The position numbers and the translations under genes are program-made. Under the pieces are notes generated by a model. That model made no database searches and was not told the DNA's origin. It saw nothing but the letters and a program-made list of their open reading frames with translations. From Felis catus (taxonomy: Eukaryota): 64,000 nucleotides of DNA. Positions 51,465 to 64,000 of this stretch are shown here, piece after piece (the first letter of the stretch is position 1; each line of letters begins with the position of its first letter). The stretch spans positions 42,906,001 through 42,970,000 of the forward strand of contig NC_058368.1 in the NCBI RefSeq assembly GCF_018350175.1, given 5' to 3'.

Positions 51465-52740
51465 GTATCCAGTCAATGAGGGTTATTGAATGTTTACTAT
51501 GTGTTAGCTAATGTGAAAATGTTGGTGCTCCTTAGTGAATGCTCAAGAAAGAATTCTTGAGATGTCTTTGTTGCAAAAAAAAAAAAAATGTGGTTTTCTT
51601 AAAGCACAGGAATGGGACCTATGGGCAGCTGCACTGGGGCTGTGAAGAATGGCTGATTATGTACTTTCAAGCTGTGCGGGGTGGCGGGGGGGGGTCGGTT
51701 AGGGACAACATAAGTCTCTAAGGAATTTGGAAGCAAGGACCTTGAGGGGCTAGCTGTTGTTAGGATAAGGGCATTTACTACCATCCGGTAAAACCTTAAT
51801 CATGAGACCCTTCAAATATATGTCAGTGGGCCATATGCTTGGAGGATCATTGCTAACACATATCTTGGGAAGGTAGAGATAAAGGAAGTTTCCAAAGGAA
51901 TTTTTATATGTGAAAGGAGACTTACAGGATCTTAGAGGTCGGGCTAATGTTAAGCTAAGGTTGCCTTTTGCCCTCAGTAAAGTCTTAACATCAAGGCAGC
52001 TAAGCTTCTTGGGGAAGGTCACTCTGCCTGTCTCAAGGACTTGTCAGTGGGCTGTAAGTTGTAAGGAAATTTAATTTTTTCTTTTGCCTTTGTTCTCCAC
52101 ATCATTAGCCATTGGGTAGGCACATAAAATGTTAAGCAAAACAGACTTTTCATGTTCTAAGGAAGCTTACAGTATGGGGTATGTTTCGTAGGGAGAAAGG
52201 GTGAGTGGATGTTGATCAAAGAATCACCTAAGAATATAACTTCAAATTATAATAAATGTTATTTAATAATAATGGGGATCTGTATAAACACATAGAAGGG
52301 TTTCTATTCAAGCAAGTGGAAAAGATTAGGAAAATACAGATACACCTAAAATCTGAAGAATTAATATGAAATGTTCATTACCCTGAAGGAACAGAATGTA
52401 CTAATGTCCTGAGGGAAGTCTGAATAAGTCTCCTTTAAGTAACTGAAGCAAAAATCAGATTATGAAATGCAATATTAAAGATGGTACATATTAAAAAGCA
52501 GTAGCCAATACTTAAATTGTATGTGCATGTGTGTGTTTAAGATTGCTCTGGCTCCCATGTAGTGAATTGTATTCAAAGTCAGGACTCGAGTGCAGGCAAC
52601 AGATGATGGTAGATTTGACTAGGGTGGTGACAATAGGAGATGGAATTGTGGTTTCCCCTGAGAAGAGGAAAAAGAACCCAGAAAGATTACATCTAATTAT
52701 AAATTTTACATTTGTCATAATATAGTTGAGTAGAATGACC
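51465..52740 (-). mobile_element. L2 remnant split by an LTR
   Basis: ttattgaatgtttactatgtgttagc [LTR] cattgg...aaggaagcttacagt. Confidence 0.65.
51509..52104 (-). mobile_element. Solo LTR (probably a carnivore-lineage ERV), 596 bp
   Basis: Perfect TSD TTAGC at 51504-51508 and 52105-52109; terminal inverted repeat taatgtg/cacatca. Confidence 0.88.
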
Positions 52741-52995
52741 AATGGTTAGGGAATGTATGAAAATACTGACATGTGTGCATGTACCTGGAAGAGGGGTATG
52801 TAATCTGAAACTGTTTCCATCCATTCTTGACAACAGGACAGTTTAAGTTTTAAGTAGTTCTCTTGACTTAGTTTATTTTAGTATCTGTGACCTACTAACT
52901 TGGGTAACTTTGTGGATTCACTTGGTGATTTCTCTTACCTATGAAATGATTAATGATTAACGTTTACTCCCACCCCCTATTTTCATGTATGCTGG

Positions 52996-53547
52996 TGTGG
53001 CAGATTGATTGCAAAACAGGCCCCGATTCTTCACCTACCCACCAATCCACCCTAACATCTACACTCTTTGCAATGTGCTTTTTTAGTTCTTTATTTCAAC
53101 TGATGCAGTCATCTTTTTTACTCCTGAAATCTAGACTGGCCTTGTAACTTGTTTTATATAATAGACTGTTAGGAAATGATGCTGTGCTAGTTCTGAGACT
53201 CACCATTAAGAGGTCTTGCATGATTCATTCCACTTTTTCTGTGGCTCTCATGCTTTCATCCTGAGACCAAGCCTGGCTGTCTTTCCCAAGGAGATGCATC
53301 AAGTAGAATCAAGTCAGTTCAATTTTTCCAGCTGAAAGCCTACATGTGACTCCACCTAAGATCAGTGTAACTGAATAGTTAGACAACAGATCACAGATGC
53401 ATGGATGGCCTCTACTGAGCCCAACTCAGTCAGGAGAGGTGCCCAGCTGCTAAGATATAGGCTTGTGAGTAAAAATAATAGTCTATTGCCATGGAAGTCT
53501 TGTGATCATTCATTTTACAGCACTATGGTGACCCACAGATAACTGAG
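52996..53547 (+). mobile_element. MaLR solo LTR (MLT1F-like)
   Basis: tgtggcagattgattgcaaaa...ctttgcaatgtg...ctagactggccttgtaacttg...agataactga. Confidence 0.8.
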
Positions 53548-54020
53548 TTAGTTAGTAATTATTCCTAGGAATATTAGAGATTAATGAACATACTATGCCT
53601 TTAATGACAAAGTCTGTATTATATGCTGCCATTTTTACTCTTCAAAACATCTTAGAATGTTGGCTAAACAGCAGATGATAAAACATATCAGTGGCTAGTT
53701 ATTTGATTTGACAATACAAACATCTCAAATTTTTCCAAAATTTTAAATATTAAAATTATTCATTCAATATTCTGTAGTTTTCTGTTTCATAGTGCCTAGA
53801 ATAGGCTTCTAAAATGTTTACTGAAAGAATAAATTAAAGAGTGAATAAATAGACTTACATAAAGTGACTGCATTATAGGATAATTGTGTACAGTAATATA
53901 TTTTGTGTATAGTATAATTGTATACACCACTGTATCTTTCATGTTCTATGTTTGTAATAGATATTTAGAAATTACTTTGAAATAAGTAAGTGAAATAAAA
54001 TAATAAATGTTCCATTCATA

Positions 54021-54404
54021 TGTTCTGTGAACTGAATTGTGTCCCCAAATTCATATTTTGAAGCCCTAATCCCCAATATAACTATATTTGGAGATCAGGC
54101 TTTTAGGAAATGATGAAGATTAAACGAAGTCACAAGGGTGGGGTCCTAATCCAAAAGATTGGTTGCTTATAAAAAAGAAGAAGAGAGATCTCTTTCCCCA
54201 TTTCCACATACTGAGGAAAGGCCATGTGAAGGAACAAGAAGAAGGTAGGTGGCTGTCTAAAGCTACAGGCCTCACCAGAAACCAAACGTGCTGAATCTTG
54301 TTCTTAGACTTCCTAGCCTCCAGAACTGAGATAAAATAAATTTCTGTTGTGTAAACCAAACACTCTATGGCATTTTGTTTTGGCTGTCCAAGTAGACGAA
54401 GGCA
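54021..54404 (+). mobile_element. MaLR solo LTR (MLT1A-like)
   Basis: actgaattgtgtccccaaattcatattttgaagccctaatcccc...gcctccagaactgagataaaataaatttctgttg. Confidence 0.9.
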
Positions 54405-55588
54405 ATATAAAAACAATCATTTGACTGTCAAGTTTACATGCATGAAATAGTGTTGAAAACTAAAGAACACCAATAAGAATCTTCCGAATGGGAGTAAAAT
54501 GTGTCAAGAGAAAATAAACGGGATTATTTTTAGCTGACTGTGAAAAGGACTAACATATGTAACTTTACTTACATGGTTCTATAAGGCACTATCCTGTACA
54601 CTGCCTTCAGAATCATAACGGCATCACAATCACATCTTACTTCAGGTCTGCTTAAGAAAGCAGAATGGAAACAGCCTGCTGAAGGGAAAATGACCAATTT
54701 ATGTAAGAATAAACAGATTTTGGTCCCTTCCTGTTGCTTCTGGATCTCCCTCTTAACTCTATTTCAAGTCAAATTCATTTATTCTGGGTTGTTTTTGTTT
54801 TTGTTTTTTGTCTCTATTTATATTAGTATGCAGAGTCTGCTGACTGCTCTATAGATAAGAGTTTGTAAGAATACATTTCAAGTTTACGGACATTGAAAGC
54901 AATTAGCAAGTTTTGTGGCACAAAACAATCATTCAACAGAGTAGTTTCACCTCTCTTGTCTAATACATTTAGTATATCTTTTCAAAAAATAATATTTTAT
55001 GAAATAGTCAATACTTAACTTAGTAAAAAATAATATACAAAGTACCATACAGTTGGAAATGTAGAAATAGTCTTAGGTGACTTAGAGCCATCAGCATTGT
55101 GGTCAGAAAGCTGTTTTGTGCAGAAGGGAAAAGCAAAATACATGGAAAGCAAAATCACGGAAGCAAGTATTTTAAAGATTAGGAGAGAAATAGTGCAAAA
55201 CATTTTCTTCCATCAAGGTCATATATATTTAATGATAAATGAGATTTACATGGCAGTAATATAGTCCTACAAAAGTTAAAAGCACTTATATTGTTTGAAT
55301 ATTTAAAGAAATAGAACAAAAATTGCTTGTTTTTAGTATATACTGTATCTTTCCAAAATGGTACCTTTGTTCAAATATGCACATACTAAAATTTTTCTTT
55401 TGTTTAATTTGTTTCATTTTCAAAAATATGAGATTATATTTAAAACATTTTGACTTAATTGTTCCCATGGGAAAAAAATGCCATGGACATCCTTCCTTAT
55501 TGATATACATTAGATAAACATTTGTTACTTTTAATAGTTTATAGCTTTCTATAAAATGAATTCAGTGCACATGCAACCATTTTCTATA

Positions 55589-56062
55589 CAGATGGTTCCT
55601 GTCCTACAATGGTTCACACCATGATTTTTTGGCTTTATTATTGTGTGAAAGTGATATGCATTCAGTAGAAACTGTACTTCAAATTTTGAATTTTTTCCTG
55701 GGCTAGCGATACGCAACAAAGTAGTCTCTCACGATGCTGAGCAATGGCAGTGAGCCACGGCTGCCAGTCAGCCACGTGATCACAAGGGTAAACAACTGAT
55801 ACACTTAGAATCATCCTGCACCCACACAACTATTCTGTTTTTCACACAGCATTCAGTGGAGTACATGAGATATTCATATTGCGTTAGATGATTCTGCCCA
55901 ACTGTAGGCTAATGTAAGTGTTCTCAGCATGTTAATGTAAGCTAGGCCAAATTATGATGTTCAGTAGGTAAGGTGTATTAAATGCATTTTGATATTATGA
56001 TATTTTCAACTTATGATGAGTTTATCAGAACATAACCCAATCGTTAAGTTGAGGAAGATATG
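55589..56062 (-). mobile_element. TcMar-Tigger relic (MER47B/Tigger5-like)
   Basis: TA|cagatggttcc left end; right end aaatgcatttt...ttttcaacttatgatgagtttatc...aagttgagga matches the recalled MER47 reverse. Confidence 0.85.
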
Positions 56063-56159
56063 ATTAAAGATACAGATCTTCAATGTATCAACATTGTACT
56101 AGAATTTTTATATTAATTGCACTCATTCCTGTATCTCTCAATTATTGATGCTTTCATAT

Positions 56160-56650
56160 CTGTAGAGAAATTTCATAGAAGAAAATGCTGGTTCCAGAAG
56201 TACACATATTTAAAATTTTAATAAATATTGTCAGATTACTTCTCAAATTTCTATAATTTACACTACCACCAACAATGTGTAATATTTATTCTTCTATACC
56301 TTTCAAGTGCAACAGTGACAAATGATATTTCATTACTGCTTTAAATTTGCATTTTCCTGACTTCTGGTAATGCCAGACATCTTACGATATGTTTATTATC
56401 CTTTTACATTTTTCTATTCTGTAAGTTATTTGTTCATAATATTTACTATTTTTCAATTGAGTTATTTTACTTATTAATTTGTAAGAGCTGTTTGCTCCTA
56501 CACTTTGAAATTGTTCTTTGTATTTCTCTGTCATGTAAACTAGGAATATTTTTTCCAGTGGTCTGTCCTTTGTATTTCAATACTATTTATGGTGTCTTTT
56601 ACCAAATGAATATTTTTACTTTAGTCAGTTCTTTGATCTTTTTCTTTATA
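56160..56650 (-). mobile_element. Old L1ME-type fragment
   Basis: aatttacactaccaccaacaatgtgt...atttgcattttcctgactt. Confidence 0.7.
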
Positions 56651-56807
56651 TGTTTTTAGTTATATGCCCTAATTATCTGGAGAGATAATCTAGGGTTTAT
56701 TTGTTTATAACTGATTATATTTGTATAAAAAACTAGAGAGAATAAGAGATATTATTCCTTTGCTGTCTTAAGTTGGTATCTAAATGTTTGCATTTTCTCA
56801 CTTCCTA

Positions 56808-57325
56808 TGTTGTATATGAATTACAGTACCAAAAGATGAAATTGCCTAGTGCCCAGAAATCAACCTCATTTAGATTTTGTTGTGAACCAATGTGGGGGGA
56901 AATGTTATGTGATAACATTATATTAGATAAGACACAATCTTAGTGGACCAAGAGAGATTGTCCTGCTGGCATTGAAGAAGAAAAATCAATGTTGATGTTG
57001 TCAGAGGGCTACGTGGCTAGGATCTTAAAGGAAACTCTAGGAGCTAAGGGTGACCCCAATTTATGGCAAGAAAATAGGAACCTTGATTCTACAGCTGCAA
57101 GAAACTTAATTCTTCCAACAACCTGGATGAGCTTGGAATAGTACCTCAAATCCAGATAACACAGCCCAGCTAAGGTTAAGATTTCAGCCTGGTGAGACCC
57201 TGAACAAAAAATCCAGTTTAGCCAAGCCTGGACTTTTCTCCCATTGGAACTGAGATAAGAAATTTGTGTTCCTTTAAATTGCTAAATTTGTGGTAAACTG
57301 TTACATAGTAATAGAAACTAATACA
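56808..57325 (+). mobile_element. MaLR solo LTR (MLT1E/F-like)
   Basis: tacagctgcaagaaacttaattcttccaacaacctggatgagcttgga...gctaaatttgtggtaa...aatagaaactaataca. Confidence 0.85.
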
Positions 57326-57352
57326 AAGATTGTCACCCTTAAGACTCTAGGA

Positions 57353-57563
57353 GAAGGTGGCTCAGTCAGGTAAGTGTCCAATTTTGGCTCAGGTCGTCAT
57401 CTCCCGTGTTGAGGGTTTGAGCCCCCCGACCGGGTCTGTGCTGATGGCTGGGAGTCTGGAGCCTGCTTCAGGTTCTGTGTCTTCCTCTCTGCCCCTCTCC
57501 TGCTTGTGCTATGTCTCTGTGCCTGTCTAGCTCAAAAATAAACATTAAAAACAAACAAAACAA
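57353..57563 (+). mobile_element. CAN-SINE, slightly 5'-clipped
   Basis: AAGACTCTAGGA repeated on both sides as TSD. Confidence 0.94.
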
Positions 57564-58137
57564 AAGACTCTAGGAAAAGAAAGATCCCTTCTTTCCAATC
57601 ACTGATTGAATTGCCTACTACTCTGAATAGAGTTTCCAAGGAGATTAATTTTGATTTAGAGAAATAAAGAAATTCAACATTTCTTGACTCCTAATATTCA
57701 GAAAAATACCTATTCCTACCATACTAAAGATACTAAGATATTCATATCTTTTTCTTGTTATTTTATAGGTTTAGAATACAATAATTAATTTAAAAGAAAT
57801 AATTAAATAAATTATTTAAAGAAATAATTTAGAATAAAAATTAAGTGCAAAAGATCTGCTCTGGTCCAAAATTCTTACTCCATAGTTACCACCAAAATTT
57901 GGATTCTCTGTACTTTAGTTCCCTTATCTGTAAAACAAAGATGGTTGGAATATTAATTGGCTAGATTATAACAATGCTTTATAACAGTGCTTGGAAAATT
58001 GTGAACTCAATAACTATTAGCTATAATTGTTCTATTATTGTTATTATCTTAAGATATTTAATCTATATAGATTTTATTTTTTGATTACTGTGCAAAGTAG
58101 GGATGTAATTTATTTTCCTGCAAATGAATCGTCTGCT

Positions 58138-58350
58138 GGGGCGCCTGGGTGGCTCAGTTGGTTGGGCTTCCAACTTTGGCTCAGGTCATGATCTCACAAC
58201 TGGTGAGTTTGAGCCCCGCGTAGAGCTCTGTGCTGACAGCTCAGAGCCTGGAGCCTGCTTCAAATTCTGTGTCTCCTCTCTCTGCCCCTCCCATGCTCAT
58301 GCTCTGTCTTGCTCTGACTCTCCATAATCAATAAACGTTTAAAAAAAATT
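58138..58350 (+). mobile_element. CAN-SINE within an old L1 fragment
   Basis: TSD aaatgaatc(g/a)tctgct. Confidence 0.96.
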
Positions 58351-60283
58351 AAATGAATCATCTGCTGGCCCATTTAATTTACCTGTATAATTTATCCCTT
58401 CCTTTTACTGTCATGTTACCTTCCTCATTTATATCTTAATTGGATCTATTTCTAGATTCTGTTTCATATATCTATTTGCCTCTCTCTCCACTGATACTAT
58501 ACTATGTTTTATTATGGTGACTTATTATGACTTTTAATGTCAACTATGGCAAATTGTTATTCCACTTTTTCAAGATTTTCTTGTTTACATTTAATTTCCG
58601 CATGAACTTTGGAGACATTTAATCAAATTTTTAAAATGTGATTCTAATTAATACATCATTAATTCTTTGTATTTCCATTTGACATTTTAATGGCTTTAAG
58701 TCTTTACTTCCTGGACAATGGTTTATCTACCATTTGTTGAGAACTTTTTTTATTATTATTTAAATTAAAGGATGTCTCTACGGGAATCTATATCCTCTGC
58801 ATTCTCGGTGTCTATGGTTCAGATAAATTTGACTTCATCCCTGGCCATCGTGACTGGCTAGTGTTCACCCAAAGCAGGTCAATTAGGTTTCATTGAACTT
58901 CAAAACTGAGAATGTGCAGTGCTAGAGCTGATAGTTAACATTGTTATTCTGTGGAATCTGATTTGACAGCCAAGTTCAGAAAACCAAATAATAGAATTTT
59001 TGAATACTATACAAGCTTTATTTGCACAACTATATGAGATATTTCTGTGAACCTGTCCCAAAGAGGGAAGACAGTGCCTTGCCTCTCATGCCTGTTACTG
59101 AAATGTAAACAAACACAATCACAAATCAAAATTACAAAATTTTGACGAATTTTTTGCTCCTGTTTTAACTGTTATGATCATCAGGGGAAAAAAGTATTTT
59201 CCTAAGACACACAGCTGCAAAGGGCAGGCCCAGTGTTGGGTGTCTCTCTCAGTAGTATTGTACCAATATGGGAAGTAAGGCTTCCAGCTCCTTCCCTTCC
59301 CCCAGAGCTGCAGCAAATCCTACTCTTGTCTCCTTTGGGCCAAAGAAGCCAAAGATTTAAGTCTTTTGTTCGTAGATGGGTAGATCTGCAAGTACTTTCT
59401 GTTGTGCTCCACCTGGCACTTAATTAAATTGACAATGAATGCTGGGTGTTTTGGGCTGTGCTCCTGGCAGGCAGCTGTAATTTGCTTAATCCAGAGTATC
59501 CTAGATGATGTCTATAATGAAGAATAGGTTGGTAAAATGGCTGGAGGCTCTACGATTGCTGTCTGTTTGTTTTCAAGTGCTAATGTAATGAGGTATCCTT
59601 CAATCTGTTCCATTTATCTTACCTCCAAAAGCCAGTTTTGGTTCTTCCCCAGACCATCCCCATTGGTCCACAGGGTTCTACTTCCTCCTGAGGCTGTTGA
59701 CTCTTCTGGATGTTAGAAGGACAGAGTTCACATCTGGTTATAAAAAGAAGACAGAGAAGAATCTAAGCATGGCATAGACTGGGTCATTTCCAATGGACAG
59801 GAAATAAGCAAGTTAACAGATGGAGTTGGAGGGCGGTCTTCTTTGGATATTGATGGAGAGTCACCTGACAAAGGTTCTGGTAGCAGGTGGTGGGAAATTC
59901 TCAAGTCAAGTGAGGACTGGTGCACTAGTGAATGATGTCTTAGCTCCTAGGACTAATAGTCACATGAACCATTTTCTCAGAAAGAGTCCTAGATTTACTC
60001 ACCTGGCAGCTGATCCTCTCCTTTCTTAGGTAGCTTCTATGTAAACAGCAAAGCCCCCCAGTTGGGAAATACTACCATTAATGTAGCTCACTTCTTTTTC
60101 TTCTCCCCTGTACTCAGATTTTCTCTCTTGTATTTATTTCACTGTCTCATTCACTAAATACCTATTCTCTACTTTTTTCTTCTGCTAATATGCAGTATTG
60201 TTTTGTTTTTCATAGACTTCAATAGATTATTAAACAATGTTCTTAAATCATTGAGTGAAAAAAAGTATAGTTTCCCTTTTCTT

Positions 60284-60311
60284 TTAAAAAAATGTTTATA
60301 TATTTATTACT

Positions 60312-60358
<47 letters not shown>

Positions 60359-60550
60359 TCAAGGAGGGAAGGGGCAGAGTGGGGGAGAGAGAGAGAGAGA
60401 CAGACAGACAGAATCTGAAGCAGTCTCCAGGCTCAAAGCTTTCAGCACAGAGCCTGATGCAGGGCTTGAACTCATGAACCGTGAGATCATGACCTGAATT
60501 CACCACCTGTGGGATCAGATGCTTAACTGACTGAGCCACCCAAGCACCCC
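60284..60550 (-). mobile_element. CAN-SINE with expanded (GA)n
   Basis: Typical body and head; TSD-like tttccctttt/tttccctttc. Confidence 0.95.
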
Positions 60551-61355
60551 TATTTTCCCTTTCCTTGAATACAGAAAGAAATAATGTTTTTAGCCTATTA
60601 AGAGGAAGAAAGAAAATGCTATCTTTTTAGTGCAAAAATAAAGGAGAATAAAAGTAGTGTTTATTTTCCATGAAAAAAAAGAAGCCTTAAATATTCTTAG
60701 CTGCACTAGAAATAATCAACTAAGAACAGAAATGACAAAATGAACTTGTTTTGATAAAATTTATATAATTCTCAATATGACATTTAGTTAAAAAGGTGCA
60801 AGATCTAAATAAAGAGAAGCATATACATTTTAAGTCCATTTTCTAAAGGCAGAAACTCATATTCTAGAGACAAAACTATCTAGAAGCTATTTAGCCCTTA
60901 TTATTTAAGTTTTGTAAAGCAGGTAAAACATAAGATACGGAGCATAATCAAATGTCTGCAGATTGTACAAAGCTAATCAGAATTGAGGACATATCTTAAG
61001 ATCCCCTATTATCTTTGGCCTCATATCTGCTTAGCTACCATGTTGACTTATCTCTGGTGATGTCTATCCCATTGTTCTTCCCATGTTCTGGAATTTCTTT
61101 ATAGAACTGCTGCTGCTGAACATTTCAACTAGGAATAAATATCTTTGCTGTTCAGTCTATTACTTTTGTCTCATTTCACTTTTCTGGGCGAGGGAGGTCT
61201 TTTACTTCCACTATCTATTTGGCATTTGGCTACAACATGTATTTCCAAACTTGAGTCTTAGGTGGAACCATAAAAACCTTTCATTTTTTTTTAAACCTAT
61301 CCACTTCTAACAAAAGCAAATAAGGAGAGGCTTAGTTTCATGGTTTTTCTTTCTG

Positions 61356-61358
<3 letters not shown>

Positions 61359-61402
<44 letters not shown>
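61359..61402. repeat. (TG)n microsatellite
   Basis: Read directly from the sequence. Confidence 0.97.
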
Positions 61403-61405
<3 letters not shown>

Positions 61406-62226
61406 AAGCGTGCATGCACTCATGTGTGTTTGTTTTATCTTTCTGGTATGTATGTGAGGAAAATTAAGTCCACTACTCATATAAAATTACCAGGGAGTAA
61501 TCTTGATTATTTGAAGAATGGAGTGAGATCTTTTGTATATTTATATTCCATTTATATTTATGATAGCTAACAATTAAATCTGTCTGTCATCTGAGTTTCT
61601 CTAAGTCTGGGATCTTTTAATGTTTATTTTCGTATTGTAACTCATATGCCCAGAACAGTGCCTGCTGAATAGTAGTTGATCTAAGAATACATGACAGTTT
61701 ATTATGAATCAACAAATGATACTTGATTCTACAGGCAGACTTCCAAATTTAAACTTATGGGTCAAAATAACTGTTACCATTGATGGATGTATGTCATGTT
61801 GCAGCTTCAATGATTTACATATATCTTCTCTGTTTTATTTTTATTTTAATATTCACAAATCCTCTGGAAGTTAGTTCCCAATTTTATAAATGGAAATAAA
61901 AAAAAAATCCTCTAACTTGCTCATGGTCAAATAGTAAAGAAAAAATCCTGAATTAAAAATCTACTTCTGTCCAAACAGTGTTTTCCCCCACCAAAGGCCA
62001 TACTGTCTATTCAAAAATAATTGCCATTTTCTAACTAACATTTACTAATGCTAATTTCTTAATATAAAGTAGATTACTTAATTCTCACAACAACACATTT
62101 AAAATATTCAGTCATCAAGTAGGAGAGAAATCTTATCTTCCTTTTGCAACTTCATGGAAACTTCATACCTGCCATTGAAGGGGCAACTTAGTCAATTAAT
62201 GAGTCTGGGAGAAGGAAGTTCTTATA

Positions 62227-62592
62227 TTTCTTAGTCTATTAGGGCTGCCATAGTGGAGTATCACAGACTGGGTAGCTTATATATAACAAAAATGCATTTG
62301 TCACAGTCCTGGCAGCTGGAAAGGCCAAGATAAGGAGCTGGCAAATTCCTGTGTCTGGTGAGAGACTGCTTCCTAGTTCATAGACAGTCCTATTTTCACT
62401 ATAACCTTACATGGTGGAAGCAGCAAAGAAACTCTCTGGTGTCTCTTTTATAAGGGCACTGGTACTATTCACGAGGGCTTTGCATTCATAATGTAATCAC
62501 CTCCCAAAAGCCCCACCTCCTAATATCACCACATAGGGCATTAGACTTGAAACTATGAAGTTTGGGGGAGCACAAATATTCGGTCTATAACA
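62227..62592 (-). mobile_element. MaLR solo LTR (MLT1A0-like)
   Basis: ttagtctattagggctgccatag...tcacctcccaaaagccccacctcctaatatc...aatattcggtctataaca. Confidence 0.9.
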
Positions 62593-63537
62593 TAGAGTAT
62601 TTTAGATTTTCTGGATCTTCATTTTTTGGAGAGGCTTATTTTCTGAATATGTGTTCTCTCTTCCATAATAGGGCTTCTGGATTGTATTGATGGGAGAATT
62701 TGCAATTCAGGCTTATGACATGGGGAACAATCTGGACACTAATCAGCAGTAAAGTGTTAAGGTTCCTCCTTGTGTCTAGATATCTAAGACAAATTTTCCA
62801 GTTCAGCTTTATGAAAAGTGTAACATATTTTGATCTCCATCTGTGTGACACTTGTGACTGTCAGTTCAGAAGTTGAAGGAGAAACATTGAGCTCCTTAAG
62901 CCTCCAAAAATTACCGCCTCTTTCTTTAACCAGGCAATTCTAAACTCAAAAGTTCTTCCACAATTATTTTCATATTGTAGATCTCAGTTACATAAATGAA
63001 TCAATATAATGTTTGTGAAAGAACTTTATAAACAATAGTGGATATAAAATTTTTACTTATTTTACATTAGGTTGTAGTGAAGACAGGCACTTAGAACTAA
63101 TGACATGTAGTTTTTATTGGTCTAACCCCCAAAAAGAGAATTGGATTTAAAATGAAATAAAAGAAAAAATGTTGGACTATGTTAAAACCTGCTGGAGAAA
63201 GAACAGGCCCTGCCATAGACCATAATACTTATAATAATATCATTTTGTCAATAAAATTATGATATTAATAAATAATTTTATTATAATTTTAAAGGACATA
63301 GCTTTGAGCTAGAGCAATTAACTGGCACTCAAGTTTGCATTGCTGCTTGCCCCAGATGCAAGAATAAAACCCTGGTCTGCCCAAATAAGATTATGTATAT
63401 ATTGCACCCATTGCAGGGTCCAACACAGTACCTAGATCTCAGTAAATGTTAGTATGTTCTCTTTCCTTCTTTAACTCAAAGATTAGAACCCCCATATTCC
63501 ATTTGCTTTTACTTATTTTAAAATCTAACACTTTCTA

Positions 63538-63752
63538 GGGGTGCCTGGGTGGCTTAGCCAGTTGAGTGTCCGACTTTGGCTCAGGTCATGATCTTGCAAC
63601 TTGTGAGTTTGAACCCCACATCAGGCTCTGTGCTGACAGCTCAGAGCCTGGAGCTACTTCAGATTCTGTCTCCCTCTCTCTGCCCCAACCCACTTGCATT
63701 CTGTCTCTGTTTCTCTCAAAAATAAATAAACATTAAAAATTTTTTTTAAAAA
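63538..63752 (+). mobile_element. CAN-SINE
   Basis: TSD ctaacac(t/g)ttcta. Confidence 0.96.
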
Positions 63753-63887
63753 GAGCTAACACGTTCTATATGGTCAATGACAGTGTATTAGGTGAGTAGT
63801 TTTCAGAGAGAGAGAGAGAAAAGTTTTTATCTTTAATGATAAAAATTATCAATTTTAATATTGATAGTGTCTCATATGGAAAATCCT

Positions 63888-64000
63888 GCAGTGTTGGTTG
63901 TGATCTCTCCTCTTTCATTTGTGATTTTACTCATTTGGGTCCTTTCTTTTTTCTTTTTGATCAATCTGGCTAGGGGGTTATGAATTTTGTTAATTCTTTC
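63888..64000 (-). mobile_element. L1 ORF2 internal segment running off the window edge
   Basis: Minus strand translates to [36 protein letters not shown], the ORF2p region between EN and RT. Confidence 0.9.

Noticed and set aside
1..64000. CRISPR array, operon or prokaryotic defence system
   Set aside because: Mammalian repeat-rich DNA; no regularly spaced direct repeats and no long ORFs.

Overview
AT-rich mammalian genomic DNA, almost certainly from a felid (cat family), judged from the feline-type CAN-SINE (SINEC) heads and carnivore L1 3' ends. The window looks like intergenic or deep-intronic sequence. It holds about 20 tRNA-derived CAN-SINEs, many L1 fragments (one young, with an intact ORF2p C-terminus), about 18 solo LTRs (MLT1/MaLR, MER21, MER31/34/74-like and two apparently carnivore-specific LTRs with perfect TSDs), hAT and Tigger DNA-transposon relics, L2/L3/MIR remnants and microsatellites. 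I recognise no host protein-coding gene, true tRNA/rRNA or CRISPR array; nearly all listed ORFs are repeat or microsatellite artefacts. I found no evidence of a novel biological system. The most notable local oddities are: a SINE whose deleted segment reappears inverted 30 bp away (template-switch signature); a diverged ~170-bp direct duplication with one copy inside an L3; a near-perfect (TG)n/(CA)n palindrome; and several minus-strand exon candidates with good splice sites (possible lncRNA). Repeat subfamily names come from recalled consensus motifs, not from a database search. Boundaries without a TSD are approximate.
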